Origin: Escherichia coli
GTDB taxonomy: Bacteria; Pseudomonadota; Gammaproteobacteria; Enterobacterales; Enterobacteriaceae
Reading direction: 5' to 3' (one strand)
Length of the DNA: 64,000 nucleotides
Assembly: GCF_965641715.1 (NCBI RefSeq)
Contig: NZ_OZ282453.1
The position numbers and the translations under genes are program-made. The notes beneath the pieces are model-generated. The model made no database searches and had not been told where the DNA came from. It saw only the letters and a program-made list of their open reading frames with translations. Shown piece after piece: positions 42,684 through 52,050 of this stretch (the stretch's first letter is position 1; each line of letters opens with the position of its first letter).

Positions 42684-43577
42684 ATGATGTCCAGTGAAGC
42701 TATCTTTGAACATGGTTATGAAAATATTGATTTGGTCCGGGAATATGATGCCCGCTACGCTGGTGAAGATGTGCATTATGAAACATTTGCCCGGTTAGCG
42801 AATTTCTTTGGACGCGATATGCGCCCTCACTGGCACGATAGATATTTTCAACTCCATTATCTGGTCACTGGACGCATTACTTTACAACTGGATGAGCACT
42901 TCTATTCTGTGCGCGCACCGCTTTTTGTACTAACACCACCATCGGTGCCACATACTTTCTTTACTGATCCTGATAGCGATGGGCATGTTCTGACCGTACG
43001 TCAGGAGTTAATTTGGCCCCTGGTAGAAAAGCTCTGGCCTGGTAGTGGAGATGCCGCAATGCTACAAGGTATCTGTCTGTCACTGGAGGGAATGGAACAT
43101 ACACTGGCGGCATTAAATCATTATTGGCCGATAATATCCCGGGAGTTTCAACAAAATAAGCCAGGACGGGAAATTCTATTGCAATCACTGGCGCAAAGTA
43201 TTTTTACAATCCTACTGCGTGAAGCACCACCAAATGATATTTCAACATGCAGCGTGCGCGGCGAGATGTGTTTATTCCAGAAGTTTAATCGGCTGATTGA
43301 CGAAAATTATCGCCAACATTTAATGGTCCCTGAATATGCAACAATGCTCGGTATGAGTGAATCACGGCTTACCGAGCTGTGCCGACGTTTTGCCAATCAA
43401 TCGCCGAAGAGATTGATTTTCGAACGAGTGAGCCGGGAAGCCAGACGGCTTCTGCTCTATAGCGAGCAAAGCATCAACCAGATAGCCCTTGATCTTGGCT
43501 ACAAAGATCCCGCCTATTTCGCCCGTTTTTTCAACCGAATGATGGGTTGCTCACCAACACAATTCCGTGGTCGCTGA
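42684..43577 (+). CDS. hpaA: AraC/XylS-family activator of hpaBC
   Basis: 297 aa; C-terminal AraC HTH. Confidence 0.75.
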   Translation: MMSSEAIFEHGYENIDLVREYDARYAGEDVHYETFARLANFFGRDMRPHWHDRYFQLHYLVTGRITLQLDEHFYSVRAPLFVLTPPSVPHTFFTDPDSDGHVLTVRQELIWPLVEKLWPGSGDAAMLQGICLSLEGMEHTLAALNHYWPIISREFQQNKPGREILLQSLAQSIFTILLREAPPNDISTCSVRGEMCLFQKFNRLIDENYRQHLMVPEYATMLGMSESRLTELCRRFANQSPKRLIFERVSREARRLLLYSEQSINQIALDLGYKDPAYFARFFNRMMGCSPTQFRGR

Positions 43578-43602
43578 CCATTTATCAACCTGAGAGACTC
43601 GA

Positions 43603-44542
43603 CATGAAAATATCTTTACGCTCACTATTTGTGGCGTGCCTGATTGCGCCAGTGGCATTCACCTACGCCTCCGAACCGCAAGAAATGAAAATTGTACTAC
43701 TTGGAACGAAAGGTGGCCCTTCTTTATTAAAAGCTGACCGTTTACCGATGGCAACGGCACTTATTATTGGCAATAAAACCTGGTTAATTGATGCTGGTTA
43801 CGGGGCCAGCTTACAACTGGTAAAAAATAATATTCCACTGCGCCAGATTGATAATATTTTACTCACCCATTTACACAGTGATCATATTCTGGACTATCCA
43901 TCAGTCTTAATGAATGCATGGGCTAGCGGTCTGCAGGACAAAACTATTCATGTGTTCGGTCCGCCAGGCACCCGAGCCATGACCGCTGCCAGTTGGCAGG
44001 TCTTCGATCGGGACATCACACTGCGTATGGAAGAAGAAGGAAAACCCGATCCTCGCAAACTCGTTACAGCTCAAGATGTTGGTGAAGGCGTAGTTTATAA
44101 AGATGATACCGTGACCGTGACTGCATTAAAGGTCCCTCATTCTCCTTTCCCTGACGGTGAGGCTTTTGCTTATCGCTTCGACACACAAGGCAAGCGAATT
44201 GTCTTCTCAGGAGATACCTCGTACTTTCCCCCACTGGCAACTTTCTCAGAAGGCGCTGATATACTTGTGCATGAGGCCGTACATGAGCCCTCCGTCGCTA
44301 AGCTGGCAGACAGTATTGGCAATGGTAAAACACTGGCAAAAGCCATTGCTTCTCACCATACGACTATTGAGGATGTAGGCAAAATTGCCAATGAAGCAAA
44401 AGTGAAAAAACTCATCCTTAGCCACCTGGTACCAATCACCGTTCCGGATGAAACATGGAAGCAAGAAGCACAGAAAAACTATTCAGGCCCTATCGTCGTT
44501 GGTCATGAAAATATGACGATTACCATTCCATTCGCCCCATAA
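43603..44542 (+). CDS. Secreted MBL-fold metallo-hydrolase (unknown substrate)
   Basis: Signal peptide MKISLRSLFVACLIAPVAFTYA; HxHxDH motif LLTHLHSDHILDY; low GC relative to flanking hpa genes. Confidence 0.55.
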
Positions 44543-44768
44543 AAAATTCCGTCCCCGTTAGCCCTTGTTAGCGGGGAATATTATGATTTGCCTTACTGTA
44601 AGTTGATCACGATCGCAGTTTACTATTTAACTCCACCTTGCTGGCGAAAAGTACCAACGTTCGCCTGAAACGTCTCTTCCCGACAACCGCGTTCAACGCT
44701 TCAATTAAATAACAAAAACAACACACAAAATTAACAATCGTATTCCGATTAATACTGTAGAGGTCGAC

Positions 44769-46331
44769 ATGAAACCAGAAGATTTCCGCGCCAGTACCCA
44801 ACGTCCGTTCACCGGGGAAGAGTATCTGAAAAGCCTGCAGGATGGTCGCGAGATCTATATCTATGGCGAGCGAGTGAAAGACGTCACCACTCATCCGGCA
44901 TTTCGTAATGCGGCAGCGTCTGTTGCCCAACTGTACGACGCGCTGCACAAACCGGAGATGCAGGACTCTCTGTGTTGGAACACCGACACCGGCAGCGGCG
45001 GCTATACCCATAAATTCTTCCGCGTGGCGAAAAGTGCCGACGACCTGCGCCAGCAACGCGACGCCATCGCTGAGTGGTCACGCCTGAGCTATGGCTGGAT
45101 GGGCCGTACCCCAGACTACAAAGCCGCTTTCGGTTGCGCACTGGGCGCGAATCCGGGCTTTTACGGTCAGTTCGAGCAGAACGCCCGTAACTGGTATACC
45201 CGTATTCAGGAAACTGGCCTCTACTTTAACCACGCGATTGTTAACCCACCGATCGATCGTCATTTGCCGACCGATAAAGTGAAAGACGTTTACATCAAGC
45301 TGGAAAAAGAGACTGACGCCGGGATTATCGTCAGCGGTGCGAAAGTGGTTGCCACCAACTCGGCGCTGACTCACTACAACATGATTGGCTTCGGCTCGGC
45401 ACAAGTGATGGGCGAAAACCCGGACTTCGCACTGATGTTCGTTGCGCCAATGGATGCCGATGGCGTCAAATTAATCTCCCGCGCCTCTTATGAGATGGTC
45501 GCGGGTGCTACCGGCTCGCCATACGACTACCCGCTCTCCAGCCGCTTCGATGAGAACGATGCGATTCTGGTGATGGATAACGTGCTGATCCCATGGGAAA
45601 ACGTGCTGATCTACCGCGATTTTGATCGCTGCCGTCGCTGGACGATGGAAGGCGGTTTTGCCCGTATGTATCCGCTGCAAGCCTGTGTGCGCCTGGCAGT
45701 GAAACTCGACTTCATCACGGCACTGCTGAAAAAATCACTCGAATGTACCGGCACCCTGGAGTTCCGTGGTGTGCAGGCCGATCTCGGTGAAGTGGTAGCG
45801 TGGCGCAACACCTTCTGGGCATTGAGTGACTCGATGTGTTCAGAAGCGACGCCGTGGGTCAACGGGGCTTATTTACCGGATCATGCCGCACTGCAAACCT
45901 ATCGCGTACTGGCACCAATGGCCTACGCGAAGATCAAAAACATTATCGAACGCAACGTTACCAGTGGCCTGATCTACCTCCCTTCCAGTGCCCGTGACCT
46001 GAACAATCCGCAGATCGACCAGTATCTGGCGAAGTATGTGCGCGGTTCGAATGGTATGGATCACGTCCAGCGCATCAAGATCCTCAAACTGATGTGGGAC
46101 GCCATTGGCAGCGAATTTGGTGGTCGTCACGAGCTGTATGAAATCAACTACTCCGGTAGCCAGGATGAGATTCGCTTGCAATGTCTGCGCCAGGCACAAA
46201 GCTCCGGCAATATGGACAAGATGATGGCGATGGTTGATCGCTGCCTGTCGGAATACGACCAGAACGGCTGGACTGTGCCGCACCTGCACAACAACGACGA
46301 TATCAACATGCTGGATAAGCTGCTGAAATAA
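44769..46331 (+). CDS. hpaB: 4-hydroxyphenylacetate 3-monooxygenase, oxygenase component
   Basis: 520 aa starting MKPEDFRASTQRPFTGEEYLKSLQDGREIYIYGERV. Confidence 0.9.
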   Translation: MKPEDFRASTQRPFTGEEYLKSLQDGREIYIYGERVKDVTTHPAFRNAAASVAQLYDALHKPEMQDSLCWNTDTGSGGYTHKFFRVAKSADDLRQQRDAIAEWSRLSYGWMGRTPDYKAAFGCALGANPGFYGQFEQNARNWYTRIQETGLYFNHAIVNPPIDRHLPTDKVKDVYIKLEKETDAGIIVSGAKVVATNSALTHYNMIGFGSAQVMGENPDFALMFVAPMDADGVKLISRASYEMVAGATGSPYDYPLSSRFDENDAILVMDNVLIPWENVLIYRDFDRCRRWTMEGGFARMYPLQACVRLAVKLDFITALLKKSLECTGTLEFRGVQADLGEVVAWRNTFWALSDSMCSEATPWVNGAYLPDHAALQTYRVLAPMAYAKIKNIIERNVTSGLIYLPSSARDLNNPQIDQYLAKYVRGSNGMDHVQRIKILKLMWDAIGSEFGGRHELYEINYSGSQDEIRLQCLRQAQSSGNMDKMMAMVDRCLSEYDQNGWTVPHLHNNDDINMLDKLLK

Positions 46332-46348
46332 CGCAGCAGGAGGTTAAG

Positions 46349-46861
46349 ATGCAATTAGATGAACAACGCCTGCGCTTTCGTGACGCGATGGCCAGCCTGT
46401 CGGCAGCGGTAAATATTATCACCACCGAGGGCGACGCCGGACAATGCGGGATTACGGCAACGGCCGTCTGCTCGGTAACGGATACACCACCGTCGCTGAT
46501 GGTGTGCATTAACGCCAACAGTGCGATGAACCCGGTTTTTCAGGGCAACGGCAAGTTGTGCGTCAACGTCCTCAACCATGAGCAGGAGCTGATGGCACGC
46601 CACTTCGCGGGCATGACGGGCATGGCGATGGAAGAGCGTTTTAGCCTCTCGTGCTGGCAAAAAGGTCCGCTGGCGCAGCCGGTGCTAAAAGGTTCGCTGG
46701 CCAGTCTTGAAGGTGAGATCCGCGATGTGCAGGCAATTGGCACACATCTGGTGTATCTGGTGGAGATTAAAAACATCATCCTCAGTGCAGAAGGTCACGG
46801 ACTTATCTACTTTAAACGCCGTTTCCATCCGGTGATGCTGGAAATGGAAGCTGCGATTTAA
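46349..46861 (+). CDS. hpaC: 4-hydroxyphenylacetate 3-monooxygenase, flavin reductase component
   Basis: 170 aa flavin-reductase-like protein directly downstream of hpaB. Confidence 0.85.
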   Translation: MQLDEQRLRFRDAMASLSAAVNIITTEGDAGQCGITATAVCSVTDTPPSLMVCINANSAMNPVFQGNGKLCVNVLNHEQELMARHFAGMTGMAMEERFSLSCWQKGPLAQPVLKGSLASLEGEIRDVQAIGTHLVYLVEIKNIILSAEGHGLIYFKRRFHPVMLEMEAAI

Positions 46862-47253
46862 GCTCCAGCCCCTTCACGCATTCGTCGAAGGGGCATTTTT
46901 ATTGTGATCTCAATCACATATCCACCCGATGAATAATTCTTGCCCAACCGCTCACCGCCATTCCTGACCGCTTACATCCCTAAAATAACCACTCAGTTAT
47001 TTACCTTACTTTACGCGCGCGTATCTCTGGCAACATCACTGCAGGATAGCGGTCAATTTACCTCCTCAAACGCAACGCAAACCTAGAACGGCTTCGGCCT
47101 ATGATTAACAAATTACTCTATGGATTTTGGTTTGCAGGAAGGCAGCAAGTGAGTGAATCCCCGGGAGCTTACAACAGTAAGTGTCAGAGGTGAACGAACG
47201 CAGCTGCCGCACCTGTAAGCCAAAAGACGACGAGTAAAATGCCAGGTTTTACT

Positions 47254-49404
47254 ATGGATACGAAAAAACTATTCAAGCACATACCCTGGGTGATTCTCGG
47301 AATCATCGGTGCATTCTGCCTCGCGGTAGTTGCATTACGTCGGGGGGAGCACGTCAGCGCCCTGTGGATCGTGGTCGCCTCTGTGTCGGTGTATCTGGTG
47401 GCGTATCGCTACTACAGTCTGTACATCGCCCAGAAGGTGATGAAACTCGACCCCACACGCGCGACGCCTGCGGTTATTAACAACGACGGTCTGAACTACG
47501 TTCCGACCAACCGTTACGTGTTGTTTGGTCACCACTTCGCCGCTATCGCCGGTGCTGGTCCGCTGGTTGGTCCGGTGCTCGCCGCGCAGATGGGCTACCT
47601 GCCTGGCACGCTGTGGCTGCTGGCGGGGGTAGTGCTGGCCGGTGCGGTACAGGACTTTATGGTGCTGTTTATCTCCTCTCGCCGTAACGGCGCATCTCTC
47701 GGTGAGATGATCAAAGAAGAGATGGGGCCAGTACCGGGGACTATCGCGCTGTTTGGCTGTTTTTTAATCATGATCATCATCCTCGCCGTTCTGGCGCTGA
47801 TTGTGGTTAAAGCCCTGGCCGAAAGTCCGTGGGGTGTCTTCACCGTTTGCTCAACCGTACCAATTGCGCTGTTTATGGGTATCTACATGCGCTTTATCCG
47901 TCCGGGGCGTGTGGGTGAAGTCTCTGTCATTGGTATCGTGCTGCTGGTTGCCTCTATCTACTTCGGTGGCGTGATTGCTCACGATCCGTACTGGGGTCCG
48001 GCACTGACCTTTAAAGACACCACCATTACCTTCGCGCTGATTGGCTATGCGTTTGTTTCCGCACTGCTGCCGGTGTGGCTGATCCTCGCACCGCGCGATT
48101 ATCTGGCAACCTTCCTGAAAATCGGCGTTATCGTCGGCCTGGCGCTGGGTATCGTGGTGCTGAACCCGGAACTGAAAATGCCTGCGATGACCCAGTACAT
48201 TGACGGTACTGGCCCGCTGTGGAAAGGCGCTCTGTTCCCGTTCCTGTTCATCACCATCGCCTGTGGTGCGGTATCTGGCTTCCACGCGCTGATCTCTTCC
48301 GGTACGACGCCGAAACTGCTGGCTAACGAAACCGACGCGCGTTTCATTGGCTACGGCGCAATGCTGATGGAGTCCTTCGTGGCGATTATGGCGCTGGTTG
48401 CTGCGTCCATCATCGAACCGGGTCTTTACTTCGCGATGAATACCCCGCCTGCGGGCCTTGGCATCACCATGCCTAACCTGCATGAAATGGGTGGCGAGAA
48501 CGCGCCGATCATCATGGCGCAGCTGAAAGACGTTACCGCACACGCGGCGGCGACCGTCAGCTCCTGGGGCTTCGTGATTTCGCCAGAGCAGATCCTGCAA
48601 ACCGCGAAAGACATTGGTGAGCCTTCTGTCCTGAACCGTGCAGGTGGTGCGCCGACGCTGGCGGTAGGTATCGCTCATGTGTTCCACAAAGTGCTGCCGA
48701 TGGCTGACATGGGCTTCTGGTATCACTTCGGTATTCTGTTCGAAGCCCTGTTCATCCTGACCGCGCTGGATGCGGGTACCCGTTCTGGCCGCTTTATGCT
48801 GCAAGACCTGCTGGGTAACTTCATCCCGTTCCTGAAAAAAACCGACTCTCTGGTTGCCGGTATCATCGGTACTGCGGGCTGTGTGGGTCTGTGGGGCTAC
48901 CTGCTGTATCAGGGCGTGGTCGATCCGCTGGGCGGCGTTAAGAGCCTGTGGCCGCTGTTCGGTATCTCCAACCAGATGCTGGCAGCCGTAGCGCTGGTAC
49001 TGGGCACCGTTGTGCTGATTAAGATGAAGCGCACCCAATACATCTGGGTAACTGTTGTTCCGGCTGTATGGCTGCTTATCTGCACCACCTGGGCGCTGGG
49101 TCTGAAACTGTTCAGTACCAACCCGCAGATGGAAGGCTTCTTCTACATGGCAAGCCAGTACAAAGAGAAGATTGCTAACGGTACTGACCTGACGGCGCAG
49201 CAGATTGCCAACATGAACCACATCGTTGTGAACAACTACACCAACGCAGGCCTGAGTATTCTGTTCCTGATTGTGGTGTACAGCATCATCTTCTACGGTT
49301 TCAAAACCTGGCTTGCGGTGCGTAACAGCGACAAACGTACTGACAAAGAAACACCGTACGTTCCAATCCCGGAAGGCGGCGTGAAGATCTCTTCGCACCA
49401 CTAA
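47254..49404 (+). CDS. btsT: CstA-family pyruvate/H+ symporter BtsT (YjiY)
   Basis: About 716 aa from MDTKKLFKHIPW; polytopic membrane protein of the CstA family. Confidence 0.8.
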   Translation: MDTKKLFKHIPWVILGIIGAFCLAVVALRRGEHVSALWIVVASVSVYLVAYRYYSLYIAQKVMKLDPTRATPAVINNDGLNYVPTNRYVLFGHHFAAIAGAGPLVGPVLAAQMGYLPGTLWLLAGVVLAGAVQDFMVLFISSRRNGASLGEMIKEEMGPVPGTIALFGCFLIMIIILAVLALIVVKALAESPWGVFTVCSTVPIALFMGIYMRFIRPGRVGEVSVIGIVLLVASIYFGGVIAHDPYWGPALTFKDTTITFALIGYAFVSALLPVWLILAPRDYLATFLKIGVIVGLALGIVVLNPELKMPAMTQYIDGTGPLWKGALFPFLFITIACGAVSGFHALISSGTTPKLLANETDARFIGYGAMLMESFVAIMALVAASIIEPGLYFAMNTPPAGLGITMPNLHEMGGENAPIIMAQLKDVTAHAAATVSSWGFVISPEQILQTAKDIGEPSVLNRAGGAPTLAVGIAHVFHKVLPMADMGFWYHFGILFEALFILTALDAGTRSGRFMLQDLLGNFIPFLKKTDSLVAGIIGTAGCVGLWGYLLYQGVVDPLGGVKSLWPLFGISNQMLAAVALVLGTVVLIKMKRTQYIWVTVVPAVWLLICTTWALGLKLFSTNPQMEGFFYMASQYKEKIANGTDLTAQQIANMNHIVVNNYTNAGLSILFLIVVYSIIFYGFKTWLAVRNSDKRTDKETPYVPIPEGGVKISSHH

Positions 49405-49453
49405 CCGTGTTTAGCCCCGCTTCGGCGGGGCTTTGTTCTTATCAGAGTGAACT

Positions 49454-49657
49454 ATGTTTGGTAACTTAGGACAGGCAAAAAAATATCTCGGCCAGGCGGC
49501 GAAGATGTTGATTGGCATTCCAGACTACGACAACTACGTCGAGCATATGAAGACCAACCATCCCGACAAGCCGTACATGAGCTATGAAGAATTCTTCCGC
49601 GAACGCCAGAACGCGCGCTACGGCGGCGATGGTAAAGGCGGTATGCGCTGTTGTTAA
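49454..49657 (+). CDS. yjiX: YjiX (DUF466 small protein)
   Basis: 67 aa ending GGMRCC; K-12 order btsT-yjiX-yjiA. Confidence 0.75.
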
Positions 49658-49667
49658 TGGAGAGAGC

Positions 49668-50624
49668 ATGAACCCGATTGCAGTTACCCTACTCACCGGT
49701 TTTTTAGGCGCGGGAAAAACCACCCTGCTGCGCCATATTCTTAACGAACAACACGGCTACAAGATTGCCGTGATTGAAAACGAATTCGGCGAAGTCTCCG
49801 TTGATGATCAACTGATTGGCGACCGCGCCACGCAGATCAAAACGCTGACCAACGGCTGCATCTGCTGTTCGCGCTCCAACGAGCTGGAGAACGCGCTACT
49901 CGACCTGCTGGATAATCTCGACAAGGGCAATATTCAGTTCGATCGTCTGGTCATTGAATGCACCGGCATGGCCGATCCTGGCCCGATTATTCAGACCTTT
50001 TTCTCCCATGAGATTTTATGCCAGCGCTACCTGCTGGACGGCGTGATTGCGCTGGTGGATGCGGTACATGCCGATGAGCAGATGAACCAGTTCACCATCG
50101 CCCAGTCCCAGGTTGGCTACGCCGACCGTATTCTGCTGACTAAAACCGACGTCGCAGGCGAAGCAGAAATACTGCGTGAACGTCTGGCACGCATCAACGC
50201 CCGTGCACCGGTCTACACCGTCACCCACGGCGACATCGACCTGGGCCTGCTGTTCAACACTAACGGTTTTATGCTGGAAGAAAACGTCGTCAGCACCAAA
50301 CCGCGTTTCCACTTTATCGCGGATAAACAAAACGATATTTCGTCGATTGTGGTGGAACTGGATTACCCGGTAGATATCAGCGAAGTTTCCCGCGTGATGG
50401 AAAACCTGCTGCTGGAATCGGCGGATAAACTGCTGCGTTACAAAGGGATGCTGTGGATTGACGGCGAACCTAATCGCCTGCTGTTCCAGGGCGTCCAGCG
50501 CCTCTACAGCGCCGACTGGGACCGCCCATGGGGCGATGAAAAACCGCATAGCACGATGGTGTTTATCGGGATTCAGTTGCCGGAGGAAGAGATTCGGGCG
50601 GCGTTTGCGGGGTTGAGGAAGTAA
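49668..50624 (+). CDS. yjiA: CobW/COG0523-family GTPase YjiA
   Basis: 318 aa from MNPIAVTLLTGFLGAGKTTLL (Walker A); CxCC motif GCICCS. Confidence 0.8.
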   Translation: MNPIAVTLLTGFLGAGKTTLLRHILNEQHGYKIAVIENEFGEVSVDDQLIGDRATQIKTLTNGCICCSRSNELENALLDLLDNLDKGNIQFDRLVIECTGMADPGPIIQTFFSHEILCQRYLLDGVIALVDAVHADEQMNQFTIAQSQVGYADRILLTKTDVAGEAEILRERLARINARAPVYTVTHGDIDLGLLFNTNGFMLEENVVSTKPRFHFIADKQNDISSIVVELDYPVDISEVSRVMENLLLESADKLLRYKGMLWIDGEPNRLLFQGVQRLYSADWDRPWGDEKPHSTMVFIGIQLPEEEIRAAFAGLRK

Positions 50625-50710
50625 TCGTGAAAGGTTGAGTGTAAAGCAGCTCAATGCCCCATTTAGCAGTGAGGGGGGAAACAGAACGACGTGCTCCCCT
50701 CCGCTAAGTT

Positions 50711-50902
50711 TTATTGCGCGTGAATACCTGGATCTGGCAAAAAATTGCCGCGTTTGGCGTCAGACCATGCTTCGCTACCAGAAGCAGGAATGTCGCTGTA
50801 ATCAATGTCTTCGTCGGATTTATTAACCAAAGCCATGAGTTCAGCTTCTTGCTGCACATCAAGTGTGTAGAGTGTGCCCCGTTTATGTTTAACCATGCTC
50901 AT
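50711..50902 (-). CDS. Small ORF with possible antitoxin-like motif (weak)
   Basis: 63 aa; DEDIDYSDIP ... WSDAKRG is reminiscent of BrnA-like antitoxins; no partner toxin seen. Confidence 0.2.
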   Translation of the reverse strand: MSMVKHKRGTLYTLDVQQEAELMALVNKSDEDIDYSDIPASGSEAWSDAKRGNFLPDPGIHAQ

Positions 50903-50941
50903 TTATGACCAGAACCTTTACGATTTAATTATAAAGATGAC

Positions 50942-51943
50942 TTATTTCAGCCATCCAGGCACGTTATATTCTGAGACATTCTCAATGGAATATGCATCTC
51001 TCCTGTCAGAACCTTTCTTACACTTCAACTCATTGAACCCCCATTTACCCTCTCTATTGGAATAAAATACAGTATATTTATCAGTATTAAACCCGAAATA
51101 TCTTTCATCCGGACGTGAAATATTCAACTCTCCACATTTAACCTGACTGCGCCATTCAAAATCTATGGTGCTTTTTAAAACGTAGTACGAAATATTCTCT
51201 ACATTTTTTGAAGCAAAAACTACTAAAATAGTAGATACTATAAATGCTCCGGCAAGTATAAATAACCTATACACACTTAATTTAGTCCCCAGAGTTAAAA
51301 AAGCAAAATAGATAATAAGTTGCATCAACATGAAGAAAATCAACAAAAAAGCCATCCCTTTCCAGAAATACTCAACCCATGGTGATAGTGTGATATTTAG
51401 ATTACTCAAACTTAAAAATAAACTGGAAGAAAAACTACTTGAGAATAAATATATAATTGGTATGACAGCTAAAGTCATAGACCTAATAATCATTAATTTT
51501 TTATTATTTTTAAATTCCAACTCTAATATAATAAAAACACCTCCCAGAAAAACAAATACTGAAAAAGCACTAAAAACGTATACAGAGACACTGACTGGAA
51601 AAATATTAATTGAAAGCACAAAAAACAAAAATATAAACCATGCAATAAGTGAACACCAGGCAGCACAACTATTCAAACTGTTTTTATTACTGAACTTGAC
51701 AAAATACCCCATATATTCTGTAATGCGATTTTCTTCCACTAATGCATAAAGAAGAATACCAACAAAGCACAGAGATAAAATAATATCTTTCCACAGATAT
51801 TTATAAGGGAGAAGTATAAAACCAAGGAGTAGATAAATTAGCAGAATGACATCTAATGCCTTAGTACAAAAATATTGTTTCACTCCTTGCAAGAACCGAA
51901 CATTCTCCATATGAATCCTTCTCCAGCTATTGATGAAACTCAA
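50942..51943 (-). CDS. AT-rich polytopic membrane protein (about 6-7 TM) with about 80-aa C-terminal soluble tail; occupies the mrr slot
   Basis: 333-aa ORF with visibly low GC (AT-rich); multiple long hydrophobic segments; no motif recognised. Confidence 0.5.
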   Translation of the reverse strand: MSFINSWRRIHMENVRFLQGVKQYFCTKALDVILLIYLLLGFILLPYKYLWKDIILSLCFVGILLYALVEENRITEYMGYFVKFSNKNSLNSCAAWCSLIAWFIFLFFVLSINIFPVSVSVYVFSAFSVFVFLGGVFIILELEFKNNKKLMIIRSMTLAVIPIIYLFSSSFSSSLFLSLSNLNITLSPWVEYFWKGMAFLLIFFMLMQLIIYFAFLTLGTKLSVYRLFILAGAFIVSTILVVFASKNVENISYYVLKSTIDFEWRSQVKCGELNISRPDERYFGFNTDKYTVFYSNREGKWGFNELKCKKGSDRRDAYSIENVSEYNVPGWLK

Positions 51944-52050
51944 GAATACCTTTAAAACAGTGACTTAACGCTGATAATACTCTTTGAACAGATGAATTCA
52001 TCTATTTTTCTGTGTAGAATTTGCGCATCGCATTTAGATGAGAACACCCC

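Noticed and set aside
47851-49401. 516-aa minus-strand ORF
   Set aside because: Lies entirely antisense to the well-supported btsT gene and is Arg/His-rich with no motifs; typical antisense artefact
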